Shown here in pieces: positions 51,563-63,460 of a DNA stretch of 63,460 nucleotides; the first letter of the stretch is position 1, and every line of letters begins with the position of its first letter. Where the stretch lies: contig NC_068981.1 in NCBI RefSeq assembly GCF_001194135.2, positions 88,858,065 to 88,921,524 of the forward strand, read 5' to 3'. Source of the DNA: Octopus bimaculoides (taxonomy: Eukaryota). Both the position numbers and the translations under genes were made by a program. The notes under the pieces are model-generated. The model was not told the DNA's origin. It saw only the letters and a program-made list of their open reading frames with translations, and ran no database searches.

Positions 51563-52569
51563 TAACTGTGAATTATAAGTATATTGAGTTCTAACAATTG
51601 GTTATTGGCGCTGCTATGGCTAAGCAGAATAATAACTCTCTTCACAGCCACATATAATTGTATTCACCCACTTACATGCAAAACACACTCACCACACATG
51701 CAAGAAAGCTTTCAAAGGAATAACATTTGTCGTTTCATTGCCGCTTAGTGAGAAAACTAAGTTTAATGAGCGTGACTATGTTTTCAGCGCCTCTGATACG
51801 AGTGGGAAGAAGGGGGAAGTTATTTTCTAACCGGAACCTGAGCTGAATGCTTTTAACAGCTACGTATGCAACGAGGAGATGATGGAGCCTAAAGCGAGTG
51901 ACAGGTGAAATCTACTAGATTGAGAACAAATACTATCTCCTCTGACACTCCAACAATGTTCTCAATCTATCCATAGATATAGGGTACTTTAATCTATCAA
52001 CTATAAATCGATGGAACGTTAATCTTGGTGGTATTTGAACTCAAATGTTTAACGTTAGGTCATTTCGTCACGTTTGAATGAAACTAATTAGGCAATGGGC
52101 TGAATGTGTCGAATAGAAGTAAGGCAAAATCTAGCAACTAATACTTTGGAATCTTTCCTTGAATCATTGCAAATGACCACAGAAGATGATATTTGAATTA
52201 ATCTATAAAATGAGAATCAAATTATGCAAAGAGATTGTTGAAGTCAAAAGTAAACAAAAGTTGACCCTGCCTACACCATGGCTGTTTGTTATATATGGTC
52301 GTTATGAAATGTGCCATATAATTTTAATATTGAAACAAATGCCGGCTTGTATAATACTTTCTATCTCTCGAGTTTAAACAAGATTCATTTTAAGTGTTGC
52401 GGCAGTTACCTTCCTTCTTGGTAGGTATATAATCCTGGTAGGAATTAAAGCAATGGACGTACGTGTCTGCTTTAAAATTGAATTAGAAATCTCAGCTGAC
52501 CACCCTTCGGATCACTAAAATTTGAATGAACACATTTCCAATAACCATTCATCCCAATTCTTACCTAGT

Positions 52570-53350
52570 TGTACCTTATTTTCACGACAGTTATATCTGT
52601 TCTTAGTTTCATTAACTCTGTAATGCGTTGGACTTCGTCCAAAGCATCAATCTGTGCTTGAGACTTCGCTAGTAAGTGAAACGCTATGTTTCCCTGCTGC
52701 TTGTACTAGACAATCTTTGTTTTGGGAAGTTGAGAATTTCACGGAATGGTGCATGTGTGTCATGGTTTTCAAATTTGGGTGTTTAATAGGATCAAAGAAG
52801 CCATCTAACTTCATTAGTCTGTTTTCTATGAAATCTTCCTTTGCTAGCCAGCCAACAACCTCAGCAGTAAGGACATCCTTCGCAACTTCTTCTGAAGCCG
52901 AAGCGCCGGGTCATAGATTGTACAACTTTCCATCAATTTGAGATGTTGAAAGGGTTGTTGAAGCACTTGATATCTGCAATAGTCCTTGAGACAAGTTTCT
53001 CGCTGGTAGTAATTTCACATCCCAATGCTGCAGTCCTTTGTCTTCTTCATCAGACATTCCCGCTAGAAAAAATGTAGCCTGAAGGAATTTGGCTCGTTCT
53101 TTACCTGACTTTGTCCATCTTTGATGTCATAACGACCATGTACAACAAACTGCTATGGTGTAGGTAGGGTCAACTTTTGTTTACTTTTGACTTCAACAAC
53201 CTCTTTGAAGAAAATATTTGCATAATTTGATGTTTCATTTTATAGATCAACTCAAATACCATCTTTTGTTGTCATTTGCACTGATTCAAGGAAAGATTCG
53301 AAAGTATCACTTGCTAGATTTTTCCTTACTTCTATTCGACACATTCACCA
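52570..53350 (-). mobile_element. Academ-like DNA transposon, transposase remnant
   Basis: Frameshifted translation: IADIKCFNNPFN..DGKLYNL.GASASEEVAKDVLTAE..EDFIENRL...FFDPIKHPNLKTM..VK.STSQNK..KQQGNIAFHLLAKSQ. I recall this block from large invertebrate transposases of the Academ type; the superfamily call is from memory. Confidence 0.6.
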
Positions 53351-53954
53351 ATACGTACAAAACAGTATGTAAAGGTGCAGAAATATCTCACATTCCACGG
53401 GGTAAACATTACGTTCTTTCAATTTTCTTTTACTTCTGGTAGTAAAAAGCACATGTAAACATTCGATTTGAATAATTTTCAATAAAGAAAAACGTTATAT
53501 GGTCTTGTGATAAATAAAACCTGTGAATGCGAGATATTATGGGTAAAGGTCAAAGTTCGTGACCTTTTGATCTCTGCTGATCTTTTTACAGAATAAATAT
53601 CCTTATCGTTTGCATGAATTTGTAGATCTTAATCAGGCAATCATTTTAAGTGGTCATTTGAAATATTTCGGCGAAGAGTTGCAAAATTACAACTGTTTGA
53701 ATTTTACATACCACTAATTTTCTTCCTCCAGTTCTGAAAATGGGCTTGGTCAAAACATCCATTGATGGGTATCTTCTATCCCAGTTTTTGTTTGCTGGCA
53801 ACATCAATTTTCTGACTTGTTTAACCAAGGGCTACATGAAAATACCCATTAAAGTAAACCACAAGGAAGCTGGACCATGACCCCCACTAGCCCATAGCCT
53901 AAATTCATTTTTAGAACATATTAAACGTCGATTAACATAGCTATAGCATGTATA

Positions 53955-54350
53955 ACTGTTTCTAACTAAGGCACAAGGACAGTAATTTTGTGGGGCAGTG
54001 TGTAGACGTTACCAGCAACCCAGTACTTGAGCAATACTATTTTCTATCGATTCAAGAAGAATGAGAGGCAGAAGTATGATCCTGGCGGGATTTGTACTCA
54101 GAACGTATAAAGCCAGAAGAAATACTGCCAATTTAAAGATTCTGATAATAGCCTCAAATTTTGTCACACGGCCAGGCATTTTAGGTAGAGTGGGTAAGTC
54201 AATTACATCGATTCCAATGCTGGTTCTTATTTTATCAACCCTGAAGGAATAAAAGGCAAAGTCGACCTCAGTCAGAGCTTAATGTGTGGGCGGAAACACT
54301 GCTTGGCATTTAGTCCGACGCTTTAACGATTCTACCAGCTCGTCGCCTTA
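53955..54350 (-). mobile_element. Two overlapping SINE family A copies
   Basis: Two A tails (GGCACAAGG at about 53970, GTCACACGGCC at about 54165) with their bodies, both antisense. Confidence 0.7.
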
Positions 54351-55304
54351 AACATTTCTGTTAACTTAATGTAAAATATATAACATAAACTATATGACAT
54401 ACAGCATAAAATATATAACGCGAGAGTAATTTTCTGAATCGATGTTTAAATGTTGAGTCATACATTAACATAAAAACCATTATAATCGGTCGAATGTAAT
54501 TACATTTATTTATTTTAAATTAGACTGAAATGATTTTCTTTATTGACGACAGTAATAGCTTTCTGATATGAAATTCAGCGGCGTTATAGTTTCACACAGA
54601 AAAATGATAATGTTTATGTGTATTTTTGTTTAAAAAAGTGTAATCAAAATAACTACAGAAACAATAATGAACGAAATCACGCTATTGCAAGATATTAATT
54701 ATTCTATTTAAATATTCTGATATTCTAATGATAAAAATTCGGGAAAAATGAATATCGATCAGAAATAGTAAATACTGTCATAATATAAAGGATTGAAACA
54801 GTAATGGATAAACGCATATGGTAAACGTTCATTGCTTGTTCTTCATAAGGTTTATAGTATTAGGTATTGAGCTTCGTTCAGTCATTATTTCTGAGTTAGT
54901 AGAATTTATATTTGCTCCATCAAATAGCTATTGCTCCTAGATGTGTATAACTCATGCTGAATTAGAAATAAGAAAAAAGAGAAATCGTTAAGTTACCCTG
55001 ACATAAGGTTTCAACTATTGTTTATAATAGCAAGGGAGATTCTATATGACTATTAGACATTGGAAAATTGCCTTCGAATCACACAGTATATTTTATCAGG
55101 GAAAGAACACATTGGATACTATGCTTTAGATATACTACACTCTATGAGAAAAGCTGAGGTGATTGTGACTTTGGCCTTAATGTATTTAGTTAAACTAAAG
55201 ACGACCTCAAATTAAACAACAACAACAACGACGATGACAATAACAACAACATGATCAACAACAACAACAACAGCAACAACAGCAGGAAAAGCAGCAACAG
55301 CAAG

Positions 55305-55500
55305 AGAGCCTGTACGTGGTCGCTCGGTCCGCTAGATTTCTCAACCAAATCTTCCTTAAATCGCATCATATCGTCTAATATAAGGAGGAAGCACATTAGG
55401 TACTGTAATCTTCTATGCAACGAAAATACTGGACGGTCATGACAAGAAAGTCTAGTCTGTCTGATCAGGGTTGAACTGGGATCTAAACAGTAACAACAAC
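55305..55500 (+). mobile_element. SINE-like element (family E) with an (AAC)n tail
   Basis: TGTACGTGGTCGCTCGG head and GATCAGGGTTGAACTGGGATCTAAACAGTAACAACAAC tail; a related decayed piece lies at about 55050-55180. Confidence 0.5.
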
Positions 55501-56724
55501 AAAGCCTTCCGTAGTCACCTCTCTCTAAAATCTCTAAGCATATAACCAGCAGACAATAATATGAATCAAACTCTCAAAAAAACTTTTGTGTATTTAAATG
55601 AATTGCATCAAAAATTTGTGGCTAATAGTGTACAGTGAATCAATACTAAAAATAAAGAAACGCAAGTAGAAAAAAAATATATCTAATGGATAAGATATTT
55701 GTAAATATAAACTTAATCTAATCGTCATCATCATCACAATAGCGAATAAAATTTTATCCTTTCCTCTTGCACACGCATTTATAAGGTTTGAATTACACAT
55801 AGAAAATGAGGTTGCTTTGATGAAAAAGCATTGACCGTAATTATAGAGAATTCTATATACTATCTGAAGGAATATCTTCATGGGAAAATATATGTAGTTT
55901 TTATTAATGATTTCTCGTTATCAATAATTTGTCCTTTTTTGTTCATCTCAATCCAAAATATATTTTAGAGTAAGATGTCAATATATTAATAGAGAGGGAT
56001 TTACTAATTCATATGCTGTATGATGTAATCTATAATTATCTCCTTACGTAAGTAATAAATTATTCATTCATGATCATAGCAATTTGCATGAAATTGGTAA
56101 AAATAATCATGAGACTGGAAACACGCCAATGCTGCCAATTTTAAACGTCACTGATCATAATAATGTTATAGTCATTCTCTCTGAGAATTAGTATTATAAG
56201 AATTGAGAAGCAGGGAAAAATGATAACGACATTCTGAAGATATAGATAGAGGTTTAATTCTTTGTAAATAGTTTCAATATAATAGAAATGCAGTTCTTAT
56301 CTCATAGCAGTGTTATACGTTTTGATTAAATCATGCAATAAATATTCAGTAAAAGTTTATTACGGCTTAATGTAGGTTGTTTGAGTCGGCATAGCTTTAC
56401 ATCATTTAAAATGGTCATAATTAAGAATGCCGAAATTCAGTGGGTTCTTCTTAAGAAATTGACGATTTGTGTATAAATACTTTATAGTATTCTCAGTGAC
56501 TGTTGCACACTAAACACGTCTTAGTCATCCTCGTTGTTGTCTTAAGAGAAGAACCAATATAGTAGTGATTTATTGCGGTGAAATAGAATCCAACCCACGC
56601 ATTTCAAGTTATTACATTAACATAATGACTAATGCCTTAGTGAAGATTCTAATTTCTCGACTAGTGATGCTAGGTGTAAGTTTAAATTTTAGTGCGTCCC
56701 CCTCATAGCTCTCTCTGTCTCTCT

Positions 56725-56799
<75 letters not shown>

Positions 56800-57262
56800 G
56801 TGTATGAATATATTATTTATATATAAATATAAATATATGCATACATACACATAACATATGTGTGTACACATTCGATTCAGTTTTATGTATGTGAATGACT
56901 TCTATATACAACACCACATCTCCACCCCTTGTTCAGGGATCTTACTGTATGTATCTAGACAGTACTTTCGATGAGGAGGTTTAATAAAACTGAAATGAAG
57001 CACTACAGTCGTCACAATACAAGACAAATACCAGACCTTCATTCCTAACATATATCCATACAGTTTTTTGTGATTGAAATTTCCAAAATTCCATCAACAT
57101 TTACTTTCAAAATTAGTATTTTCTTGATATGCAAAATCGGTAAAGTATCAAACTAAATGCCTGGCAGTGTTCAGCAACAGATTTTCACGTTCGGAGTTTG
57201 GGTCCTGCACGATCAGCTTGGCCTTTCATTCCTCCGAGGTCAGTGAAATAAAATACCGACGA

Positions 57263-57505
57263 GGCGCCTGGCTTAGTGGTTACAGTGTTGGACTCATGAT
57301 CGTAAGAATTTGGTTTCGATTTCTGGACCGAGAGACGCGTTGTGTTCTTTGAGCAAAGCACTTCATTTCACGTTGCTCCAGTCCTCTCAGCTGGCAAAAA
57401 TGAGTAATTCTGCGGCGGACCGGCGTCCCGTCCAGGTGGAGAATATATACACCTCGAAAACCGGGAAACTGGCCATTAAGAGTTGATTGATATGACTCAA
57501 GAAGG
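57263..57505 (+). mobile_element. SINE family D
   Basis: GGCGCCTGGCTTAGTGGTT head and TTTCACGTTGCTCCAGTCC body. Confidence 0.8.
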
Positions 57506-58380
57506 TAACTCTACCTTAGAAGGTAAAATAAAGTAAAGGTCAGATACCATGATCAACTTACTCGAATAACCTTCTTAGCAATTCAGGCCATTTACCTATA
57601 TTAGAAATTATGATTTTCATAATTTCCTGCAAAACTAGCAGTCCACGCTGGGATACAGACGTCAGAGACTAGGAAAAGATGCCCTTGTAGGGCACTGCCC
57701 ATGAACTTATAACAGACAAACTGTAGACAGGAACTTCACTGAGAACTAGCTACTGAACTGGTCAGCAGTGAAGGGGACTTCTGGTTTAGCAGGACTTCCT
57801 CGAAGCACGATTCGGCCAATCGCTCTCGCCCTCACGGTGTATAACCTAATGTAACAAAATAAATTTTACATCAGCACACACGTGTTCTCCGTTGATATTT
57901 TTTGTATAACTTAACTAAATCTATACTCTGAGGTATTTTATTTCACTTCTTATTCTGCCAATTACTCCTCTCTTTCACACTCTCACTCTGTATGTTTCTT
58001 ACACTCAGACACACATACACAGGCACATAAGTTTGGAAGATACTTTCATGCAGTACACTTATCCAAATATTTCCCATTCTATTGCAGATAAACATTCCAT
58101 TATTATATCGTATGATGCCTCACTGGCATTCCTTCCTGTTCACTGCAATCTGAGTTCAAATTCCCTCTTTTCTCCTTCATCTTTCATCCTTTTAGAGTCG
58201 ATAAATAAAGTACCGGTCGGAGGTTGGGAATTGATGAAATATTAAAACATCGAATGATAGGCCTTGCGTTAGCTGTTTCAGTTCTGTGAGTCCTGAGTTA
58301 AAATCCAATTTTCCATCACTGACAGAAAGACTTGAGCAATTCTTGAGCAAGTACCCAAGTACTTCTGTTGACTCTTCTGA

Positions 58381-58593
58381 ATAATCCTTTCTACTAAGGG
58401 CACAAGACCTGAAATTTTGAGAGAGCGGACTAGTGGATTACATCGACCCCAGTGTTTCACTGGTACTTAATTTATCGACCCTGAAAGGATGGAAAGCAAA
58501 ATCGACCTTGGCAGAATTTGAACGCAAACGTAGCGTCAGGCGAAATACCGCTAAGCATTTCTTCATGTTAACGATTCTGCTAGCTGACCGCCT
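58381..58593 (-). mobile_element. SINE family A
   Basis: Full antisense match to the 58752 copy. Confidence 0.85.
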
Positions 58594-58751
58594 TTAAATG
58601 GAGTTCAAGTCCTGTTCATTCAATGAACAACAACAAAAATAACACATACACGCATTCATACATGCGTGCACACATTCACAAACACATTCTTCTGAAATTA
58701 AAGTAAAATAACAAGAACCTCACTTGATCTCAATATTTGCACCTCAGAAAA

Positions 58752-58969
58752 GGCGGCGGTCTGGCAGAAAGGTTAGCACGCCGTGCGAAATGCTTAGCGG
58801 TATTTCGTATGTCTTTATGTTCTGAGTTCAAATTCCGCCGAGGTCGACTTTGCCTTTCATCCTTTCGGGGTCGATAAATTAAGTACCAGTTGCGTACTGG
58901 GGTCGATCTCATCGACTTAATCCCCTCCCAACAATTTCGAGCCTTGTGCCTAGAGTAGAAAAGAATATT
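58752..58969 (+). mobile_element. SINE family A, near-intact
   Basis: GGCGGCGGTCTGGCAGAAAGGTTAGC head, GTTCAAATTCC B-box and GTCGACTTTGCCTTTCATCCTTTCGGGGTCGATAAATTAAGTACCAG core. Confidence 0.9.
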
Positions 58970-59083
58970 TGCATCTCAAAGCAATTTGGTTGATGACGCG
59001 CATTGGGCCGTTTCATTTTCCGACGAATAGAGAACCGGATCTTATTCGCTTTGCATACACTGTAGCTATTAAATAGCATAATT

Positions 59084-59297
59084 AATAGTTTCAAGTTTTG
59101 GCACAAGGCCAGAAATTTCGGGTGAGAGGTAAGTCGATTACTGGAGTCGAATTCATTGACTTCAGTCGATTACATTAAGTCCAGTACTTATTTTGTCGAT
59201 CCCGAAACAGTGAAAGACGATGTAGACTTCAGCGGCATTTGAACTTAGGACATAAAAACGGACGAAATGCAGCTAAGCATTTTGCCCGACGTGCTAA
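59084..59297 (-). mobile_element. SINE family A, diverged
   Basis: TTTTGGCACAAGGCC...GCTAAGCATTTTGCCCGACGTGCTAA is antisense to family A. Confidence 0.8.
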
Positions 59298-59384
59298 ATG
59301 AGATAAATGATAAGACTAAGACTTGTCACTGCTATTGTGATGAACATCAAGTCATATCGGATGTTATATTTTAGCAACCTCCGT

Positions 59385-59530
59385 ACCATAATAGAATACG
59401 AAGATCATTCTACTATCTTAACGTTATTGCCAAAGATATACAATTGGAAATTGTGGACTTACCTGAAGGGAAGATGAGAGACAAAGATTCTTGGTACGTC
59501 GTTATGAAATGCATCGAAATTTCGAACGCT
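59385..59530 (+). mobile_element. Probable RTE-type LINE 3' remnant
   Basis: Translates to YLNVIAKDIQLEIVDL...MRDKDSWYVV, resembling Y.D.I..D......DL...M.DR..W. Confidence 0.35.
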
Positions 59531-60280
59531 TGGAAGAGAATGATAATGAGATCTTCAAGAGTATATGGAGGGTAGCTACTTTTGAAAATCTTGCAGGGAT
59601 GAAGGACAAATAAACTCCAGAAACATTTGAAATTAAGACATACGCTCGAAATACTTCAATATATTTCGTTGTTATAACATTTCTGAAAATTTATCATCTT
59701 ACATCGATAAAGAAAAAATAAAAATAAACAACAGAGCAAAATAAACCGTAAAACATCATTGATATCGATACAAAAGGGAAGCTGGAAAGAAAATCAACAA
59801 CAAAAAAATAAAACGATGAATATAATTGAATTTGTGGATAAAAGAAGAGCAGCAACCACAGCGGCAGCAGCAGCAGTAGCAGCACTGCTCTCCGTACCAA
59901 CAACACGACCACCACCACCATCACCACCAACATCAACGACAACGACGATGATATCAACGGAATAAGGAGATACAATATGCTGGAGATGCTGCTGGTGTGT
60001 AATAATATAATGGGATAGATATGCTTGTTGCTTCTGACAGCTGGAAAAGATGATAGTGTTAGGAAGATTTCCAGCAGTGTCCATATGTGCACCAAGCACC
60101 TGTTTATGCGAAAGCAGTTATGAGTTTACGTACGTATGCCTGTGTGCCTAAGGAGAAATTATTTTTCAGTTACGTATGTAAGTGTCTATGCATATGTATA
60201 CACACATAATCACACACACACATACATTTATGCATATTTATATCTATTTACACATATGTATCGTATACGTATGTGTATGC

Positions 60281-60323
<43 letters not shown>

Positions 60324-60479
60324 TATATTCATGTGTATATATGGTTGATGTATATGCTTGTATGAATGCTGTTACTAATATGCGCGTGAAGTCTAAGCTG
60401 ATGCTTAACCTTTGATCGAATTCAATTTGCATAAACCATTAAACTTAATTTGAAGAGGATCTAAGAAAAGAAGGAAATA

Positions 60480-60920
60480 TAGTTGAAAACTTAGTGAAGA
60501 GGAAGTAGTGTGAAGGTTGTGAGATAAAAATGGAGGGAATATGAGTAGTAGGTGGAGGACAGGGATGTGAAGAGCGGATTATGGTAGAGTAGTTTCGCTA
60601 GGGAGTAAAGAGAAAAGAGAGAGGAAAAAAGGAAGAGAGAGAGAGAGGAGGAAGAGAGAGAGAGGAGGAAAGGCAAGATGTGGAGAGGAGGAGACGATAA
60701 ACAACGAGGAACGGTATTTGAAGGAATGCATATTTAGATGTGCCAAAGGAACCAACGAGGATGCGAAAAGAAGAAGGAAGTTGAGAAATAAGAAGGAAGA
60801 AGAGATGGAAGGAGAACAAAACGAAGAAGATTGCAGAGCAAGGAAGAATGAAAAGCTTTGCGAGTGGTGGTTGGTTATAAACGTAGGGGCGTGAAAGAGA
60901 GAAAAAAAAAATGAAAAAAA
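60480..60920. repeat. Purine-rich (GA/GAA) low-complexity tract
   Basis: Direct reading of the sequence. Confidence 0.8.
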
Positions 60921-61674
60921 AAATGATGACGAGATCGTTCATGTAGAAGAGAGTGGAGAAAACGACTTAAACGAATTCAGTTCGAAGGAGAGTGATATAA
61001 AGAGAGAAAAGAGAGGATTGGTGTTGAAAGTACGAATTAGGATGCATGTGGAAGGCATAGAGAGAAAAGGAGAGCGGGAGATTGTGAGAGAGATGTATAG
61101 ATAGATATTACAGGTTAAGAGAGAAAGGATACAAAAGGACATGGAGGAAAACAAGGGCAAAGATAAAGAATCAATAACAGATTGTATAAAAATCGTCTGC
61201 TCCATTAGTGGTATGAATTCATAATCACTGCCTACTCCGGCTCTGAATTATCCATTTAGCTGATTGTTTTCAGATACCACTTGCACTTCGATTTACGTTT
61301 TATTTTTTTCTCTCTTTCAACACCTATCAATCTTTTCTTGCTGTTGAAAGCTCATATGATTTACTGCTCTATCTATTTATGTGTCTTTCTGTCTGGATGT
61401 CAGTCAGTCTGACAGTCTCCTACACGATTTATGAGTGTGTGTGTGTAATAACTGACTGTCTATCAGCATATCTCTTTCTCTCACTCTCACTTTCACTCTT
61501 TCTCTTTCTCCCTCTGATGCGCGTGCTTATGCACACGAAACACTACATGCGTGCGTGTATATGTAGGTGGCAGGTTATAAATACGTGTGACATCCCTCAT
61601 GCAATTTTGATATTTCTAAGATAATTTCTTTTAAGTGCGCACAAGAGTACATGCAAAAACAGGTGTACTTATAT

Positions 61675-61717
<43 letters not shown>

Positions 61718-62427
61718 ATCGCGCACTCAGAAATGAATACACACACACACACGTGCGCACACACACACATATATACACGCACAAGCATAATCACACGTGC
61801 GCGTGCATTCACACATATATTTTGTTTATGTATTTTACACTAATTTATTCAAATTAGTGTTCTCAACTTGATTTTTAGTCACATTTCGGACGTTGTACAC
61901 CAAAGACATCTTGAGGTACATGTCATGTTTGCAAATTTATTCAGAATTTCAAAATAAACTCGTAATCATATACACAGAAGCATTCTGTTTTCATTCCCTC
62001 GTCTATAATTGATACATTTTCTTAGTTATTCTCCAGCTAATAAAATCTCTTTCCTCGTTTCATTTGAAACGCAGAGTATATACAGATTAACTATTCCAGA
62101 GAGTAACTCCCCCACCCAAGGTAAACTACTAAAATTAACTGTACATTTGACAAGGTTAAATTCACTATTCAATTATGCTATAGAACAAGGATATAATGGA
62201 AATTAGGAACTTCAGATACAACCTTTTAATTGTCGTGTTCCAAGTTTCGGTTCTATAGAATAAGAATCGTATATACATATACCTTGAAGAAGGAAAGCGA
62301 CACTGACATTGACAATTACGTTGGCAGATGTTACGAGGTTTGTTGGAGGTACTCTAAGTATCTCCTTAGACATAAGGAACGGATTTGATATAGTTAGCTA
62401 AACTGAAAATGCCGAAAATGAAAATGC

Positions 62428-63123
62428 CGAAGACAAAATAAACTAGTAAAAATAACAAGATAATTCCAGATCCTGGATCTCTGGCTTTGCATAAATAATG
62501 CTTTGCCTTCATCGGTGGAATATACTCAAGTACATGAATACAAATACATGTATATAAACAGTATACTTACATATACGGACGTATACACACATATATATGC
62601 ACATATGTACACGACTAGCTTAAATAGCCCGCCTAAAAACTCCCTGTGCGATACGGACAGAATATCAGCGCAGGAAATACACTGACATAACTAATTAATA
62701 TAAATAAGGATAATATCGATATTTAAAATATTGAACTTATCAAGTGGCCAGCATGGGAATAAAAACCATCAAAGGTAATAATTATTTAAAATTATAATAC
62801 AGGGTATCTAAGAGATACCGCCACGCTGAAAAAATAGCAGTCAAATTCTGACTCTAAAAACCACAATAAATGTCCACATAGTACAAGGAGCGAAGACGAA
62901 GACAAAATAAACTAGTAAAAATAACAAGATAATTCCAGATCCTGGATTTCTGGCTTTGCATAAATAATGCTTTGCCTTCATCGGTGGAATATACTCAAGT
63001 ACATGAATACAAATACATGTATATAAACAATATACTTACATATACGGACGTATACACACATATATATGCACGTATGTACACGACTAGCTTAAATAGCCCG
63101 CCTAAAAACTCCCTGTGCGATAC
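62428..63123 (+). repeat. 227-bp direct duplication (62428-62654 and 62897-63123)
   Basis: Three substitutions between the copies by eye. Confidence 0.92.
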
Positions 63124-63258
63124 TAGTTTATTTTGTCTTCGTCTTCGCTCCTTGTACTATGTGGACATTTATTGTGGTTTTTAGAGTCAGAATTTGACTG
63201 CTATTTTTTCAGCGTCGCGGTATCTCTTAGATACCCTGTATTACAATTTTAAATAATT
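62779..63258. repeat. Inverted repeat with about 138-bp arms (62779-62917 and 63121-63258)
   Basis: The arms are reverse complements with two internal substitutions; spacer 203 bp. Confidence 0.92.
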
Positions 63259-63269
63259 TATATATATAT

Positions 63270-63432
63270 ACGACAGGCTTTTTTCAGTTTCCGTCTAACA
63301 AATCCACTTACAAGGCGTTGGGCAACCCGAGGCTATACTAGAAGACACTTGCCCAAAGTGCCACGCAGTGCGACTGAACCTGGAACCATGTGGTTGGTAA
63401 GCAAGCTACTCACCACATAGCCACTCCTGCGT
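63270..63432 (-). mobile_element. SINE family B, 5' half
   Basis: GAAGACACTTGCCCAAAGTGCCACGCAGTG...CCACATAGCCACTCCTGCG is antisense to the B head. Confidence 0.85.
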
Positions 63433-63460
63433 CTATATGTATATATATATATATATATAT

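Noticed and set aside
51916-51969. 13-bp perfect stem TAGATTGAGAACA/TGTTCTCAATCTA with a 28-nt loop
   Set aside because: Too short for a pre-miRNA, with no extension or other context.
53040-53060. CTGATGA on the minus strand
   Set aside because: It is coding sequence (MSDEED) of the Academ-like remnant with no ribozyme fold.
59463-59590. Minus-strand open segment ending in CAG|GTAAGT
   Set aside because: Better explained as the antisense of an RTE-like 3' remnant on the plus strand.

Overview
AT-rich, microsatellite-saturated eukaryotic DNA with 11 assembly gaps: 3331-3610, 6115-6224, 10762-11570, 19033-19042, 25697-25775, 28755-28800, 29551-29803, 31358-31495, 33332-33791, 41051-41143 and 45891-46582. 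The repeat landscape (several tRNA-derived SINE families, (CA)n/(TA)n/(TATC)n arrays, and RTE, Tx1, R4 and Penelope-type relics) looks like an octopus genome; this is an inference. I recognise no intact host protein-coding gene, so the window reads as intergenic or deep-intronic. Nearly all supplied ORFs are microsatellite or N-run artefacts. The real coding remnants are all transposon-derived: a Tc1 transposase, an R4/Dong-like reverse transcriptase, a Tx1/L1 ORF2, an Academ-like transposase, and weaker hAT, CR1-like, RTE and Penelope pieces. The most notable signal is a set of eight type I hammerhead-ribozyme-like motifs (CUGANGA-stem II-GAAA-short stem III-UH) of the Penelope-associated kind. 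Three have intact cores. One forms the tail of a tRNA-headed SINE-like element, and two face outward from the arms of a 915-bp fold-back element. Also seen: an 18S rRNA fragment inside a SINE, a Tx1 element embedded in (TATC)n, several long inverted repeats, and a young duplication-plus-inversion near the right end. All alignments and folds were done by eye; nothing was searched or computed beyond the supplied ORF track.
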